Assembly (NCBI GenBank): GCA_951406725.2
Contig: OX597826.1
Location: 21,390,001 to 21,454,000, forward strand
Length of the DNA stretch: 64,000 bases
Direction: 5' to 3'
Origin: Octopus vulgaris
Taxonomy: Eukaryota
The translations under genes were made by a program, and so were the position numbers. Below the pieces are notes generated by a model. It ran no database searches. It was not told the DNA's origin and saw only the letters and a list, made by a program, of their open reading frames with translations. Of this stretch, positions 40,892-53,200 are shown one piece after another; positions within the stretch are counted from its first letter, which is position 1; every line of letters starts with the position of its first letter.

Positions 40892-41060
40892 CTTGATCAC
40901 CTTGACCGACCAGTCCGTCAGGCGTCCATTTGACACTGCTGGTCACAGCACGCTGTCCATGCCTTTCTCATCCATGTGATCCCAATCGTCCTCCTGAAAT
41001 CGTAACTCCACCGTCGTGGAGGTCTTCCGGGTGGTCTTTTCCGCTCGCGTGGGTACCACT
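40890..41060 (-). mobile_element. 3' end of a different RTE-like LINE
   Basis: Minus strand reads WYPRERKRPPGRPPRRWSYDF, the R.GRP..RW C-terminal motif. Confidence 0.6.
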
Positions 41061-42629
41061 TGACAACTGCAGAAGTTGCAGAGTGGCTGTTGGGCTAAGG
41101 GTTTCATGCATTGGCAGTTACCAAACTGGTTTCAAATTAGTGGGGTATACATTTATATACAAGTGATGTCAGCATTTCCTCGGAATGTTCCGGAACAAAT
41201 TCTAAAAACAATTATGAAATCTAGTGGATAATGTATATCTTTCAAATGGTTTGGCTGTTATGATGGTCAATTAATAAATTAGGAAATATGAAAATTTGAG
41301 ATATATATATATATAAATGAGAGTGTTGTTGAATGTAAATTCAACGTGTACATGGTTACCTGCATATACACATGTATCCATACATGTTCACACATGCACG
41401 TTCATGGATCCACATGCAAGCAGAGATAGATGTATAAATATAAAATATATTGAAACAAGAGTATACATACTTGGATGCATATATGTTTCTAGATATACAC
41501 ATATACAGAGATATACAAATATCAATATGCTTATATTCATACATATACACACACGCATACATACATACATACATACATACATACATACATACATACATAC
41601 ATACATACATGCATACATATACGACGGGTTTCTTTCAGTTTTCATCTACCATTCACAAGATTTTGGTCAGCCCAGGGATATAGGTGCAGACACTTGTCCA
41701 AGGTGCCACACAATGGGACTGAACCCAAAAGCAAGTTGTTAGAAAGCAAGCTTCTTAACCACACGACCACACTGTGTGTGTGTGTGTGCGTGCGTGTGTA
41801 TGCAATGCCTGATATACTAAAATATAACTGTAGACTAAGAGAGATAATGAGAGAAAAAGAAAATAAGAGAGAAAGAGAGAGAGAAAGTGAAAAAGAGAGA
41901 GAGAGAGATAAAGAGAGAGAGAGAGAGAAAGAAAGAGGGTGACTTTAAATGAAGTTATCTGAATTGAGTATATAATCTGGAGTGGAATGGAAGAAATATA
42001 GATTTCTCGTTTGACAAGGAGAAAATGATAAATTTGTGACTGTTTTGTTGGCTGGAAAGGTGAAAGCAGGTTGTGTCAACAGTTGTCCATGTTTTAGTTG
42101 GCAGGTGAGCCATGTTATGTTGAAGAAATGAGTCAATGATTGGTTTATATGGAAGAGGGACAGAGGTTGGGTCTGAGAAAGATGTGGAGTGAGGTCAGGG
42201 TTAGGAATTATGTCTGGAATTTGAGGAGAGGGACTGGAATGGGATGTTTGTGTGGTCAGAGTTTATGTCAGTGTGGGAATAAAAGGAAACGTGGAAATCT
42301 CTTGAGGAAATCAGATGTTTGGTTGATTCCTGCGGCTTGAAACTTTGCAAAATATTTAAACCACTGTCACATGACTGTGTGTGTGTGTGTGGGGGGGTCA
42401 CACTCGTCTATCTTACATTTGATGTAATTCCATATCAGACCTTTGGTCAATCTACTGACCACATGAAAACAAAGTGGACAAATGAAGAATTAATTTTAAA
42501 CATTATCTTACATCGTATCAGATATAGTTAGATATAATGCAGTAATTAGTCTGACATCTTTAATTAGAGAAACTGCCACATTAAGATAAGAATACATTCT
42601 ATAATAAGGGATGTATCTATAAGTATATA

Positions 42630-42797
42630 CATAGACATAGGTACATCCATAGACGTAGGTACATCCATAGACGTAGGTACATCCATAGACGTAGGTACAT
42701 CCATAGACGTAGGTGCATCCATAAATGTAGGTACATCCATAGATGTAGGTACATCCATAAATGTAGGTACATCCATAGATGTAGGTACATCCATAAA
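42630..42797. repeat. 18-bp minisatellite, about 9 units
   Basis: Unit GTAGGTACATCCATAGAC/T. Confidence 0.95.
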
Positions 42798-43097
42798 TTC
42801 ATCCTGTGACTCTATGGATAACAGCAGTTGATTGGTTGAGTGGTTAGAGCATTGGATATGTTGCTTCATAGTACTCGTTTTGGTGCTCTGTACTCTGAGT
42901 TCCAACTTTGCCATGGCCTATTTGTTTTGTTTGTAGACCTTAACCTTATACCAGGAGTGCTTTTTGTAGAGTCCCCACCCCACTACACCGTTGTCACTCA
43001 GGCTCCATCTCCAGTTGGAAGATATCTCTCTCCCCCTCCACCTTCCACAAGTCTTGCAGGCCCTGAATCCAATCATGGGAACTACCTTACCTCCTGA

Positions 43098-43136
<39 letters not shown>

Positions 43137-43349
43137 CCTTTCTACTATAGGCACAAGGCCTGGAATTTGTGGGGAGGGGGATGAGTCGATCACACCGAAC
43201 CCATTATTTGACTGGGACTTATTTAATCGACCCCGAAAGGATGAAAGGCAAAGTCGACCTTGGCAGAATTTGAACTCAAAATGTAATGGCAGATTCAATA
43301 CCACTAAGCATTTCACCCGGCGTGCTAATGATTCTGCCAGCTTGCCGCC

Positions 43350-43351
<2 letters not shown>
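43137..43351 (-). mobile_element. near full-length copy of the second SINE family, embedded in (AAT)n
   Basis: Minus strand begins GGCGGCAAGCTGGCAGAATCATTAGC, B box GAGTTCAAATTC. (AAT)n lies on both sides. Confidence 0.8.
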
Positions 43352-43389
<38 letters not shown>

Positions 43390-43390
<1 letters not shown>

Positions 43391-43671
43391 GAAAAAAACA
43401 CTTGCAGCCCCTTCTGACCAAAATATTGCCCAAAAGGTAGTGGAGAAATTGTCAAAGTACAAAGAACTCGAAACTGAAATATTCAAGATACGGGGCATAA
43501 AGATGGAAACAATACCAGTAATAACTGGAGCATTGGATATGATAAAAAAAAAAACAACATATGAACAAAAACATAGAAGCTACACCTAAACCCTCAACAC
43601 CACGCACAATCCAAAAGATAGCTCTACGGGGAACAGCCCACATCCTACGCAAGACACTATCGATTCAATAA
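43390..43671 (+). mobile_element. C-terminal fragment of an REL-endonuclease non-LTR retrotransposon
   Basis: APSDQNIAQKVVEKLSKYKELETEI...IPVITGAL...IQKIALRGTAHILRKTL*. The 5' end is joined to (AAT)n. Confidence 0.75.
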
Positions 43672-44423
43672 TATAACCCAAACAAAGGAGCATTGATAAT
43701 GGTCACCTTAATGTAACCGTCCTCTAAGAGCTGAAGAAACTGCTATTTAACCCAGGAAGACATCTCCTCCAGCTGGTTTATCCAGGGTACTTCTCACGCA
43801 CGAAATTTATTGCAAGTGGGAGATAACTCCTGCTACCCTAGCTCTAAAATGTATTGATAATGGCCACTTGGGGTGGGGTGGGGGTTAAATAGCAGGAGAT
43901 TTTCTGGGAGCACAAATCAAGGAGGTTTTGAGAGATATTGATTTTAAATAAGGCATCTAATTTGGTGAATTAGATTCTTTAATCTTGTAAATATTTATAC
44001 GGAAACTTTCTGGAGAATAATAAGATCATTTCATAAAAAATAAGAATCTCTTTGGTGCCTATAAAGAGACGGACAGCTGAACGGGGTTAGAAAAATGCTT
44101 CTTGTATTTTTACAAGAATTTCTTTCTAGAAATTTTTAAGCAATCAGTGAGGAGAGAAATTCCATCAAAGAACTTGAAAAATAGTGATATATATGTAATC
44201 TGATATACAGGACCGTATTTCTCTTCTTCCTAGTTTCATTGCATTTTAGTTGGTGACATTTGTAGATATGTTAAAACTTGAGGTAAGTGTTCAATAATGT
44301 ATCTCCATTATATTACTGGTTCAATTTTTACAAAGTCCCTTATATAAAACCAAATCTTAAAAATTACACCCTAGACTCTTCAACTTCTCAGCTTTATCCA
44401 TTCCCCTCCCAGCCTGGAATTAT

Positions 44424-44617
44424 AGATGCACCTTAGCCAGAGCCCTTCCCTGCTAAGTCTTGAGGCCCACAGACACCAAAGCCTATAGGTATGTCTAGTA
44501 CTATCTTTATACACCCTATTATTAACAGTGGATATTTTATTTCAACATCATCAATTCCATCAATGCTGAAATAAAATCCTTTTTGTAGCCAGGAAGGGCT
44601 CTGGCTAAGGTGCATCT
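44424..44617. mobile_element. MITE with ~31 bp TIRs
   Basis: AGATGCACCTTAGCCAGAGCCCTTCC / GGAAGGGCTCTGGCTAAGGTGCATCT exact inverted ends around a non-coding core. Confidence 0.7.
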
Positions 44618-45104
44618 TTATGTTCTGGCCAATCATTTCATTTGCAAAACCCTCAAAGAGACAACAGATTCTGTGTTTTTGTGGCTTCTGTTGTATCTGA
44701 GACCATCAGACCTCATCTTTAAAGTTGTCTGAACAATAAAATATAGTTTTATAGGAATCCTACAAACAAGCAATGTTATCTAACTCAAAGTTTCATGTAA
44801 GTCTGATTGACTAATGGTCAGACAAATGCTGAATTTATTTGTCTGACCATTATAAAACTATACACATACTACATACATAATAATCAGAGTTACCTAGGGG
44901 ATGGGGGAAGCGATGGGTCTCTCTGGGCAATGCTTTTATGGGGTGGACATGGTTGGGTCAGCTGTATAAGCTTGACGAAGCTCAGAGGCTGGGAAAATGG
45001 AAGTCAAGGGCTGCCTCAAGTGGCACATGCTCTAGCTTCTCCACTATACATATATATATATGCATACACACACATTTACATATGCATACACACACATCTT
45101 CATG

Positions 45105-45775
45105 TATCATCATCACCATCATTATCATCATCATTTAACGTCCCTTGTCCATGCTGGCATGGACGGGACAGTTTGACTAGGCTGGCACGCTGGAAGGCTG
45201 CACCAGACTCTAGTCTGATTTGGCATAGTTTTCTACAGCTGGATGCCCTTCTTAATGCCAATCACCCCAAGAGTGTGCCACCAGCATGGGTGCCAATTTG
45301 CGTGACACCAGTATCTGCCATGACTACGATTTTGCTCAGCTTGATGGGTCTTCTCAAGCAAAACATAATGCCAAAGTTCTTGGTCATTGCCTCTGTGAAG
45401 CCTAATACTTGAAAGGAACTCAGTCACTTTGCCTCCATGAGGCCCAACACTTGAAAGAATCTCGTCTACCTCGCCTTCATGAGGCCCAACACTTGAAAGG
45501 AACTCAGCCAATTGCTTCCATGAGGACCAATGTTCAAAATATTCTCTTTATGCACCACCAGCATGGATGCACTTGGCTTGACAGCTCCTCTTAAGCACAG
45601 CACATCACCAAAGGTCTCGGTCACTAGTCATTGCATCTGTGAGGCTCAAAGTTCGAAGATCATGCTTCACCACCTCATCACATGTCTACCTGAGTCTACC
45701 TCTGCCACAGGTTTCTTCCACAGTTAGAGATCGGCACTTCTTTTCACAGCTGTCCTTGTCAATGTGCCTACATTT
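45105..45775 (-). mobile_element. RTE LINE 3' fragment with 39-bp UTR repeats
   Basis: Reverse complement of 11630-12380, including the tandem GGGCCTCATGGAGGC units and the (CAT)n tail. Confidence 0.85.
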
Positions 45776-46256
45776 ACAGTGCCAACTCTGAAAACTTGGG
45801 AAAGGGACGTAGGAGGGAACATGGGAAGGGGAGATGTTATTCAGCACCTGGAAAGAAGATCTCTGTGACCATTTGATACTGAGTTCCACAAAGGCAATGA
45901 CAACTGACTGAGACATCTGGCAATTTGCTGTGTTTGAGAAGACACATGAAGCTAAGTAAAATCATGGTCTTGGCCAGGGCTAGTGACATGTAAAAGACAC
46001 CCAATACCTTCTGGGGATTGGCTGGCATTAGGAAGGGCATCCAGCCATTGAAACAAAGCCGAAACTGAATATGGGGCCTGGTGCAGCACTCAAGCTTACC
46101 AGCTCCAGTCAAACTGTCTAACCCATGCCTGCATGGAAAACAGATGCTAGATGATAATGGATGATGATGATGACGACAACGATGACGATGATGATGATGA
46201 CAACAACAATGATGATGATGATGATATATATATATATATATGTACACACATAAAAA

Positions 46257-46306
<50 letters not shown>

Positions 46307-46836
46307 TATCTATGTGCACATATAAAATATGAGAGAAAGAAAATGCAATTCATGAGACTCTTTATTCACTGTGATTACTTTGACCCCCCCCCCCCCATGC
46401 ACCTGTACCTTGCAGGTGAGAAGCTGTACAAACAGTCATGATGCATCATAGGTGCAGATGTATCTCTTTAGCACCATTTGAGCGTGATCGTTACCAGCAT
46501 TGCCTTACTGGCACAGGAAAAAACATTCGAGCGAGGTCATTGCCAGTGCCACTGAACTGGCTCCTGTGCAGGTGGCACGTGGAAAACAGTATTTGAGCGT
46601 GGCCGTTGCCAGTACTGCCTGACTGGCCCTCATGCCGGTGGCACGTAAAGGCACCCACTACACATTCGGAGTGGTTGGCATTAGGAAGGGCATCCAGCCG
46701 TAGAAACTCTGCCAGATCAAGATTGGAGCCTGGTGCTGCCATCTGGTTCGCCAGTCCTCAGTCAAATCGTCCAACCCATGCTAGCATGGAAAGTGGATGG
46801 TAAACGATGATGATGATGATGATGTATACCTGTATA

Positions 46837-46872
<36 letters not shown>

Positions 46873-46873
46873 A

Positions 46874-48590
46874 ACATAACTTATAAAACAAAGGCAAAAG
46901 AAAAGAATTCTAATGCCAAATATGCCGAAAATAGGCAAATTGTCAATAACCATTCTAATTTATCACTATTAACATGCGTCTCGAAACTAGTCAACAGAGA
47001 TTTCTAAAAAAATCGTTATTACTGTATTGGTCCCAATTTCAGAGTTAATTCATAAGAATTTTCTCCTCGTCAGTGATAAATACGTAAGACATAAATGAAA
47101 TACTTACTCATACCCATGGAAAAAGTAAGCACTAAGTCATGAGCAGACCTAAGTACCCCAAATATATCCAAAATAGAAAATCTTCAGCATATCTCGAGAC
47201 ACGTGCAATTTGAACTAGAAACTTTCACAGAGTGAGAGAGTTCGGAAGTGAACACTATTAAATTTACATCAAATATAGGATAAAATTTTTCAAAAAAATT
47301 TTATCAATGGCCAGCATATTAAAAAATTCCTTTAAAGGTTAAATTTATAAATAACTTATAAAACAAGGGCAAAAGAAAAAATTCTAATGCCAAATATGCC
47401 AAAAATAGACAAATTGTCAATAACCATTATAATTTATCACTATTAACATGCATCTCGAAACTAGCTGACAGAGATTTCTAAAAAATTCTGTTATTACTGC
47501 ATTGGTCCCAATTTCAGAGTTAATTCATAAGAATTTTCACCCTGTTAGCAATAAACACGTAAGACATAAATGAAATACTTAATCATACCCATGGAAAAAG
47601 CAAGCATGTTAATAGTGATAAATTATAATGGTTATTGACAATTTGTCTATTTTCGGCATATTTGGCATTAGAATTTTTGGATCTTTTCCTTTTGAATGGC
47701 AGATATATATATATATACTGGTAGAATGTGTTTATAAAACATCATTTTTTCTTGGCTTTATTGAGAAAATTCTATATGTTATAACATATTCCCACTTTAA
47801 AATCGAGCATTTTGGCAATTTTAACCAATCGCTCACCTCCATTTGGGGTGAAAAGATTCCGTGCTGTATGAATATGCCCCTCGTTTAAGAAACAGATTGA
47901 GTTTATTTACATTTGCGAAGAAAAAAAGATACCCTTCCCCCACCCCTAACTCTAACCCTAACCCTAACCCTAACCCTAATCCTAAAATAGATTTAAATGC
48001 AATAGATCGATACCAGGGCCATAATTATGGGTGACATTTTCATTTGACACCGCTAGAAAAAAATCCCATTTTCCGTAGCGGTGTCGTATGAAATTGTCAC
48101 CCATAATTATGGCCCTGGTATCAATCTATTGCATTTCAATCTATTTTAGGATTAGGGTTAGGGTTAGGGTTAGCGGTGGGGGAAGGGTATCTTTTTTTCT
48201 TCGCAAATGTAAATAAACCAAATCTGTTTCTTAAACGAGGGGCATAGTCATACAGCACGGTATGTTTTGACTCAAAATGGACGTATTTGATTGGTTAAAA
48301 TTGCCAAAATGCTCGATTTTATAGTGGAAATATGTTACAAACTATAGAATTTTCTCAATAAAACCAAGAAAAAATGATGTTTTATAAACACTTTCTACCA
48401 GTATACAAAGTTTAAAAGTGTTTAGTTAACTAGAAATTGTGTTGACATCTGCCGTTCGAAAGGAAAAGATCTGAATTTTTTTCTTTTGCCCTTGTTTTAT
48501 AAGTTATTTATAAATTTAACCTTTAAAGGTATTTTTTAATATGCTGGCCATTGATAAAATTTTTTTTGAAAAATTTTATCCTATATTAGA
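46874..48590 (-). mobile_element. Penelope-like/retrozyme-like element: partial tandem 475-bp unit plus inverted terminal copy, interrupted by a nested transposon
   Basis: Direct repeat 46876-47130 vs 47351-47603. Inverted copy 47604-47678 + 48481-48590 matches 47269-47451. (TA)n at both ends. Each direct repeat contains a hammerhead-like motif. Confidence 0.65.
47679..48472. mobile_element. 794-bp palindromic non-autonomous DNA transposon with 8-bp TSD and internal telomeric repeats
   Basis: Ends GGATCTTTTCC / GGAAAAGATCT; GAATTTTT duplicated at 47671-47678 and 48473-48480; arms ~375 bp; (CCCTAA)n at 47944-47985 and (TTAGGG)n at 48146-48173. Confidence 0.85.
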
Positions 48591-48601
48591 TATATATATA
48601 T

Positions 48602-48803
48602 GACCTCGTGTGTACCGTTGGTGATTTTTTTTCCTCTGTCTTCCCTTCTCTGGATCTTTCCTTCTCCTATGTTTCCGACAAAGAGCTCCGCTTGAAACGT
48701 TAAACCCTCCTTCTTTCCTTCTTTCCTGAGTGTCCAATAATACTATATTTGTTCCACGTCCTCACGTTGTTGTGTTTTTTTGTGTTTTCTTGTTTGGATT
48801 AAC
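48602..48803 (+). mobile_element. short repeat between (TA)n tracts with hammerhead-like motif
   Basis: GTTT-CCGACAA-A-GAGC-TCC-GCTT-GAAA-CG-TT-AAAC at 48671-48705, with TA repeats on both sides. Confidence 0.55.
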
Positions 48804-49652
48804 TATATATATATATATATATGTATGTTTGTATGTTTGTATGTTTGTATGTATGTATGTATGTATACATACAGATACACACGCACATATATATGTAACT
48901 ATGTATGTATGTCTTTGTTCATGAAATATTTTGCTGTATATGACTATATATGAGTATAAATGAGTACCTGTCTGTGTGTGTATGTGTGTGTGTGTGTGTG
49001 TGTGTAGGTGTATGTGTATGTGTGCGTGTAAGTGTGTCTGGGCATGTACATGTGTGTATGTGTGGGTGGGTGAGTTAGTACAGTCAACAAAAATCTGATA
49101 CACATTAACTGACACCCAATACATAACCTTTGCCATATTCCCTCATTCCAAACTTCCAAAACAGAGAGAGAGAGAGAGAGATGGGGGGAAAGGAGGAAGA
49201 GTGGAGAAGTGTCGTGTGACGTCATACAATTCTTGTGATCCAAGATGTCAGAATTGATATCACATTTCTTTGTACTTTGCTGCCATCTTACCATTGTTTA
49301 GGTGACAAAATTTTCAGACAAGGTTCCGGTTAGCAAATAAATATGTTGCACAAAGTTTTCTTATTCAACATTACATTTCACCTTCTTTTTTTTTCTCTTC
49401 CCTTTCCTTATTGTTTCTCTCCTTCTTCATCTTTCTTTGTTGTTGTCGTGTGTTTCTGCTGCTTCTCTCTGTTTTTGACAGGGTTACCCAAATTAACCAA
49501 AACCTTGTTTACATTCCCTCTTCACTCAACCAACTATGACAAGAATGTCACAGAAAAGAAAGAAAAAAAAAACACAGAAAAGAAAATTTCCAATTTTAAT
49601 TAACACTATCATTTTTCATGTTGCTTAATCACATACATACACACACACACAT

Positions 49653-49696
<44 letters not shown>

Positions 49697-49761
49697 CAGA
49701 GAGAGAGAGAGATACATACGTATAGATTGATAGATAGATAGATAGATAAATAAATAGATGC

Positions 49762-49896
<135 letters not shown>

Positions 49897-50369
49897 TACA
49901 TATGTATAGATTGATAGATAGATAGATAGATAGATAAATAGATGCCTATATATATATATATATATAATATAATATAGTATAAAATAATATGATATATCTA
50001 CATGTATGTATGTACAGTAATTGTTCTCACTCTATGTGGGGTCCCTATTAACCAAGCTGAAAAGATGACAGACAGCAGGTCCTATATTTTTGTCATTAAT
50101 ATGGATTCTGAGGGAAGAGGTTAACGTGTGTGTGTGATTGTGTGTGTGTGTGTGATGTTAGACAATCAGTTCCCTATGAAATGAGTTCACAGTAAATAGA
50201 ACACTTGCCCCACTTTATCCTGAATATGCCTGTCATTGATGTCTTTCAGCTTCAACAATCACATCACACACAAACAAACTGATCTTCAGTAAAGAAACTA
50301 CAAAACCCATTTTAAATCAGTTTCAAAGAGAAATGTCTTATTTTTAATCACAAATGTTCGCTCTCTCAC

Positions 50370-50420
<51 letters not shown>

Positions 50421-50517
50421 AATAATAGTAATAGTAATAGTAATAGTAATAGTAATAATAACAATAACAATAACAATAACAATACTAATAATAATAATAA
50501 TAATAATAATACTAATA

Positions 50518-51190
50518 ATAGAATAGACAACACATCAGAAAGTGATAAGTGCAGAATCTGAGGACAAAATGGTGAAACCATATGACATATTACCAGCCAA
50601 TATATGCCACTAGCTGAGAAGGAATATAAGAGATGCCATAACAATATATGGACACTTTGCAACAAGTATGGACTTGACAGAGCAAACAATTAGTAAAACC
50701 ACAAACCTGAAGGCATCGTCAAAAATGATAATGCAAAGATCCTGTGGGACTTTATGATTCAGTGCGACCATGAGAGAGAGAGAGATAGAGAATAGGAAGC
50801 CAGACATAGTCTTAATTGAGAAAGAAAACAAACTATGCTGGATCATAGATATAGCATGCCCAGCTGACAACAAGGTATGCAATAAGGAAGAAAAGACAAG
50901 GGATATGACAGGTTAGCTTGGGAAGTTAAGCAGTTATGGTCGATGAAAAAGGTGGTAGTAGTACCAATAATTGTCAGAGCCCTGGGAACAGTGAGTAAAA
51001 ATCTTGAGAAGTACATGGAACAAATAGGGGCTGCAATAAGGGTGGAGCACTTATAGAAAACAGCACTGCTTAGAACCGCTCGAATACTCCGGAAGGTGCT
51101 CAAAAAATAAGAGGTGTTACCTTAGTTCACTGGTAGTGAACAGCTGACACTGTAATCCATCTCCAGCATTAGAAGCTGTAAAAAGGCAAT
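50518..51190 (+). mobile_element. 5'-truncated REL-endonuclease LINE (R4/Dong-like) in an (AAT)n array
   Basis: CCHC knuckle remnant CRI*G...ETI*HI, then KILWDFMIQCDH, RKPDIVLI, IIDIACPAD, VVPIIVRALG and KTALLRTARILRKVL*. (AAT)n lies on both flanks. Confidence 0.85.
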
Positions 51191-51362
51191 AATAATAATA
51201 ATGATGATGATGATAATAATTAGCTGAAAAGAACAAATAACATGGTACTGTAGGCTGCAGGTAGTAGGCCCGCTACACATTCAAAACTCCAGGAGCTCCA
51301 ACAAAACCTGTGATTAATAGAAATAATTAATAATGACAATAATTAATATCTGTTGTTGTTGC

Positions 51363-51393
<31 letters not shown>

Positions 51394-51394
51394 A

Positions 51395-53200
51395 CTATGC
51401 TTTATTAACCACAAAGGTTGACAGAAACGATTATGGGTGGTACAGGCAAATACAGAGTGGGATTACATTAAAAATGTGTAAAGAAAATGAATAACAAAAA
51501 CAAAAATAGGTAAAATAAATTTAATGAAAATGTCCAGAAATGTGGGTAGACCTTGAAGGGCTATTCATGGAAACCCCACAAGACCATAACCATCTTGATT
51601 ACTCATGCAAAGGTCCTCTTTCAGCTGTTCTTCTCCAATCTACAGACACATACTCAGAAGTAGGTTCTTTCATTCAAGCCATGCTTGCAACTTACATCCA
51701 CCTTTCAACAAATTTGTTGGGAGGCATTTCCTTATCTGCCCTCATTTTTTGCTCAAATTGAAAAAAGTTGACAAGAGTTTGGTCAAAGAAAAACATATTT
51801 TTCTTTAGCCCCTTTCAGGCTTGTCCACCACACAACCTCTTTTATCAAGGCCAACAGAAAAATAAAACTGCCCTTCCTAGCTGAAGGAAAACAACATTGA
51901 GTCCATTGAGAACAATGGACACAGCCTATATATGTCTGGACACAGCCTATATATGTCTGGACTCAGCCTATATATATTTGGACTTAGCCTTTATACGCCT
52001 GGACTCAACCTATATATGTCTGGACTCAGCCTATATACGTCTGGACTCTGCCTATATATATCAGGACTCAGCCTATATATGTCTGGATCTGTCCTACACT
52101 TGACAGCAGCTGTTTGACATAACTCTATGATTTAAAATTTTTCAGAAACCAGATGCTTTCACAAAGAAGTTTCATTGACCTGCATACATCTCAGACTAAA
52201 GTGTATCTCAAACCAACAATGCATCCCCAGTTGTCCTGCCAAGCCATAACTGACCAGCCACTTAACTTTAATTGACACCCCAAATTTCCCAAAGAATATT
52301 GTCACTTTTGCCCACCACTAATCCTCTAAAGAACACCAACATGAAACTTTCACCTGTTGCATTGCTTGACTATAGAGAGCTGTGAGCCTTTGATGACATT
52401 CCAGATGCCTAGCACTCTTTCTCAGTCTTTGCTCAACTCATGACTGCTGCTCTGTCAAAGCGATGAGCTGTGGAATAACATGTCTGACAAACAGATACGG
52501 AGGAGTTAAGGTAAGCATTCACCACTTATGTCTGGCCTTTCAAGGATAACTTTCTCTTAGCCAATTTCTGTATGTGACTGGTCACCTAGCTCATCTCTTC
52601 ATCCATTTCTTGTTCAAATAGAAATCTAGATGAAATGAGACCCTGAACAATTTAACTGCTCCCTCCATCCTACCTCTCCAAGTGCTGAGTTGCAGGTCCT
52701 CAGATTTTTCCTGGTTGATTTTGTTTCCTGTTACTGCCTCATTCCATCTTTCAGTGATGCTAACCAACTCAGTATGCTTAGTATTAAACACAATAACCAT
52801 TGTCCGCATATGCCAACACATATCTTCTGCCCCCTAATTCGCTTGAGACGTCCCTCAATCTCGCCAATTCCTGCAGCAGTGGCTCAAGAGTCACTGCATA
52901 CAGAAGGGATGAGAGGCAAGCTATTCATTGCTTCCCTTCTTTCAGTGGTTGTTATTGGCTTTTTTGCAACACTCTGCCTGTGATGCTGGGAGTTGCAGCA
53001 GGATGTCACTGAAGCCCATCCTTCAATCTGGTCCACTTAAAATAGTGCTGATGAAAAGTTACACACATCAGCTTGAGAGGGAGTAGTACAAACACATCAT
53101 GGCCCACCAAAGACTAAATTGTCACTTTCTGGCCATATTGCCACTCTGCTACTTGAGCCCATCAAACGGTTTTTGCTCCTTCATGCCTTACATTAAACAG
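51395..53200 (-). mobile_element. decayed L1/Tx1-like LINE 3' portion (boundaries approximate)
   Basis: Minus strand gives KINQEKSEDLQLSTW..VKLF (post-RT region) and FLLALIKEVVWW (ORF2 end). A minus-strand AATAAA near 51400 is followed by an (AAC)n tail. Confidence 0.55.
51916..52087. repeat. 21-bp minisatellite, 8 units
   Basis: Unit TGGACTCAGCCTATATATGTC, located inside the L1/Tx1-like remnant. Confidence 0.95.

Noticed and set aside
43728-43775. CTGAAGA after the REL LINE fragment
   Set aside because: GAAG instead of GAAA and no convincing stems.
47944-48173. Telomere-telomere fusion site or true chromosome end
   Set aside because: A fusion gives TTAGGG then CCCTAA. Here the order is the opposite and the tracts lie within TIRs bounded by a TSD.
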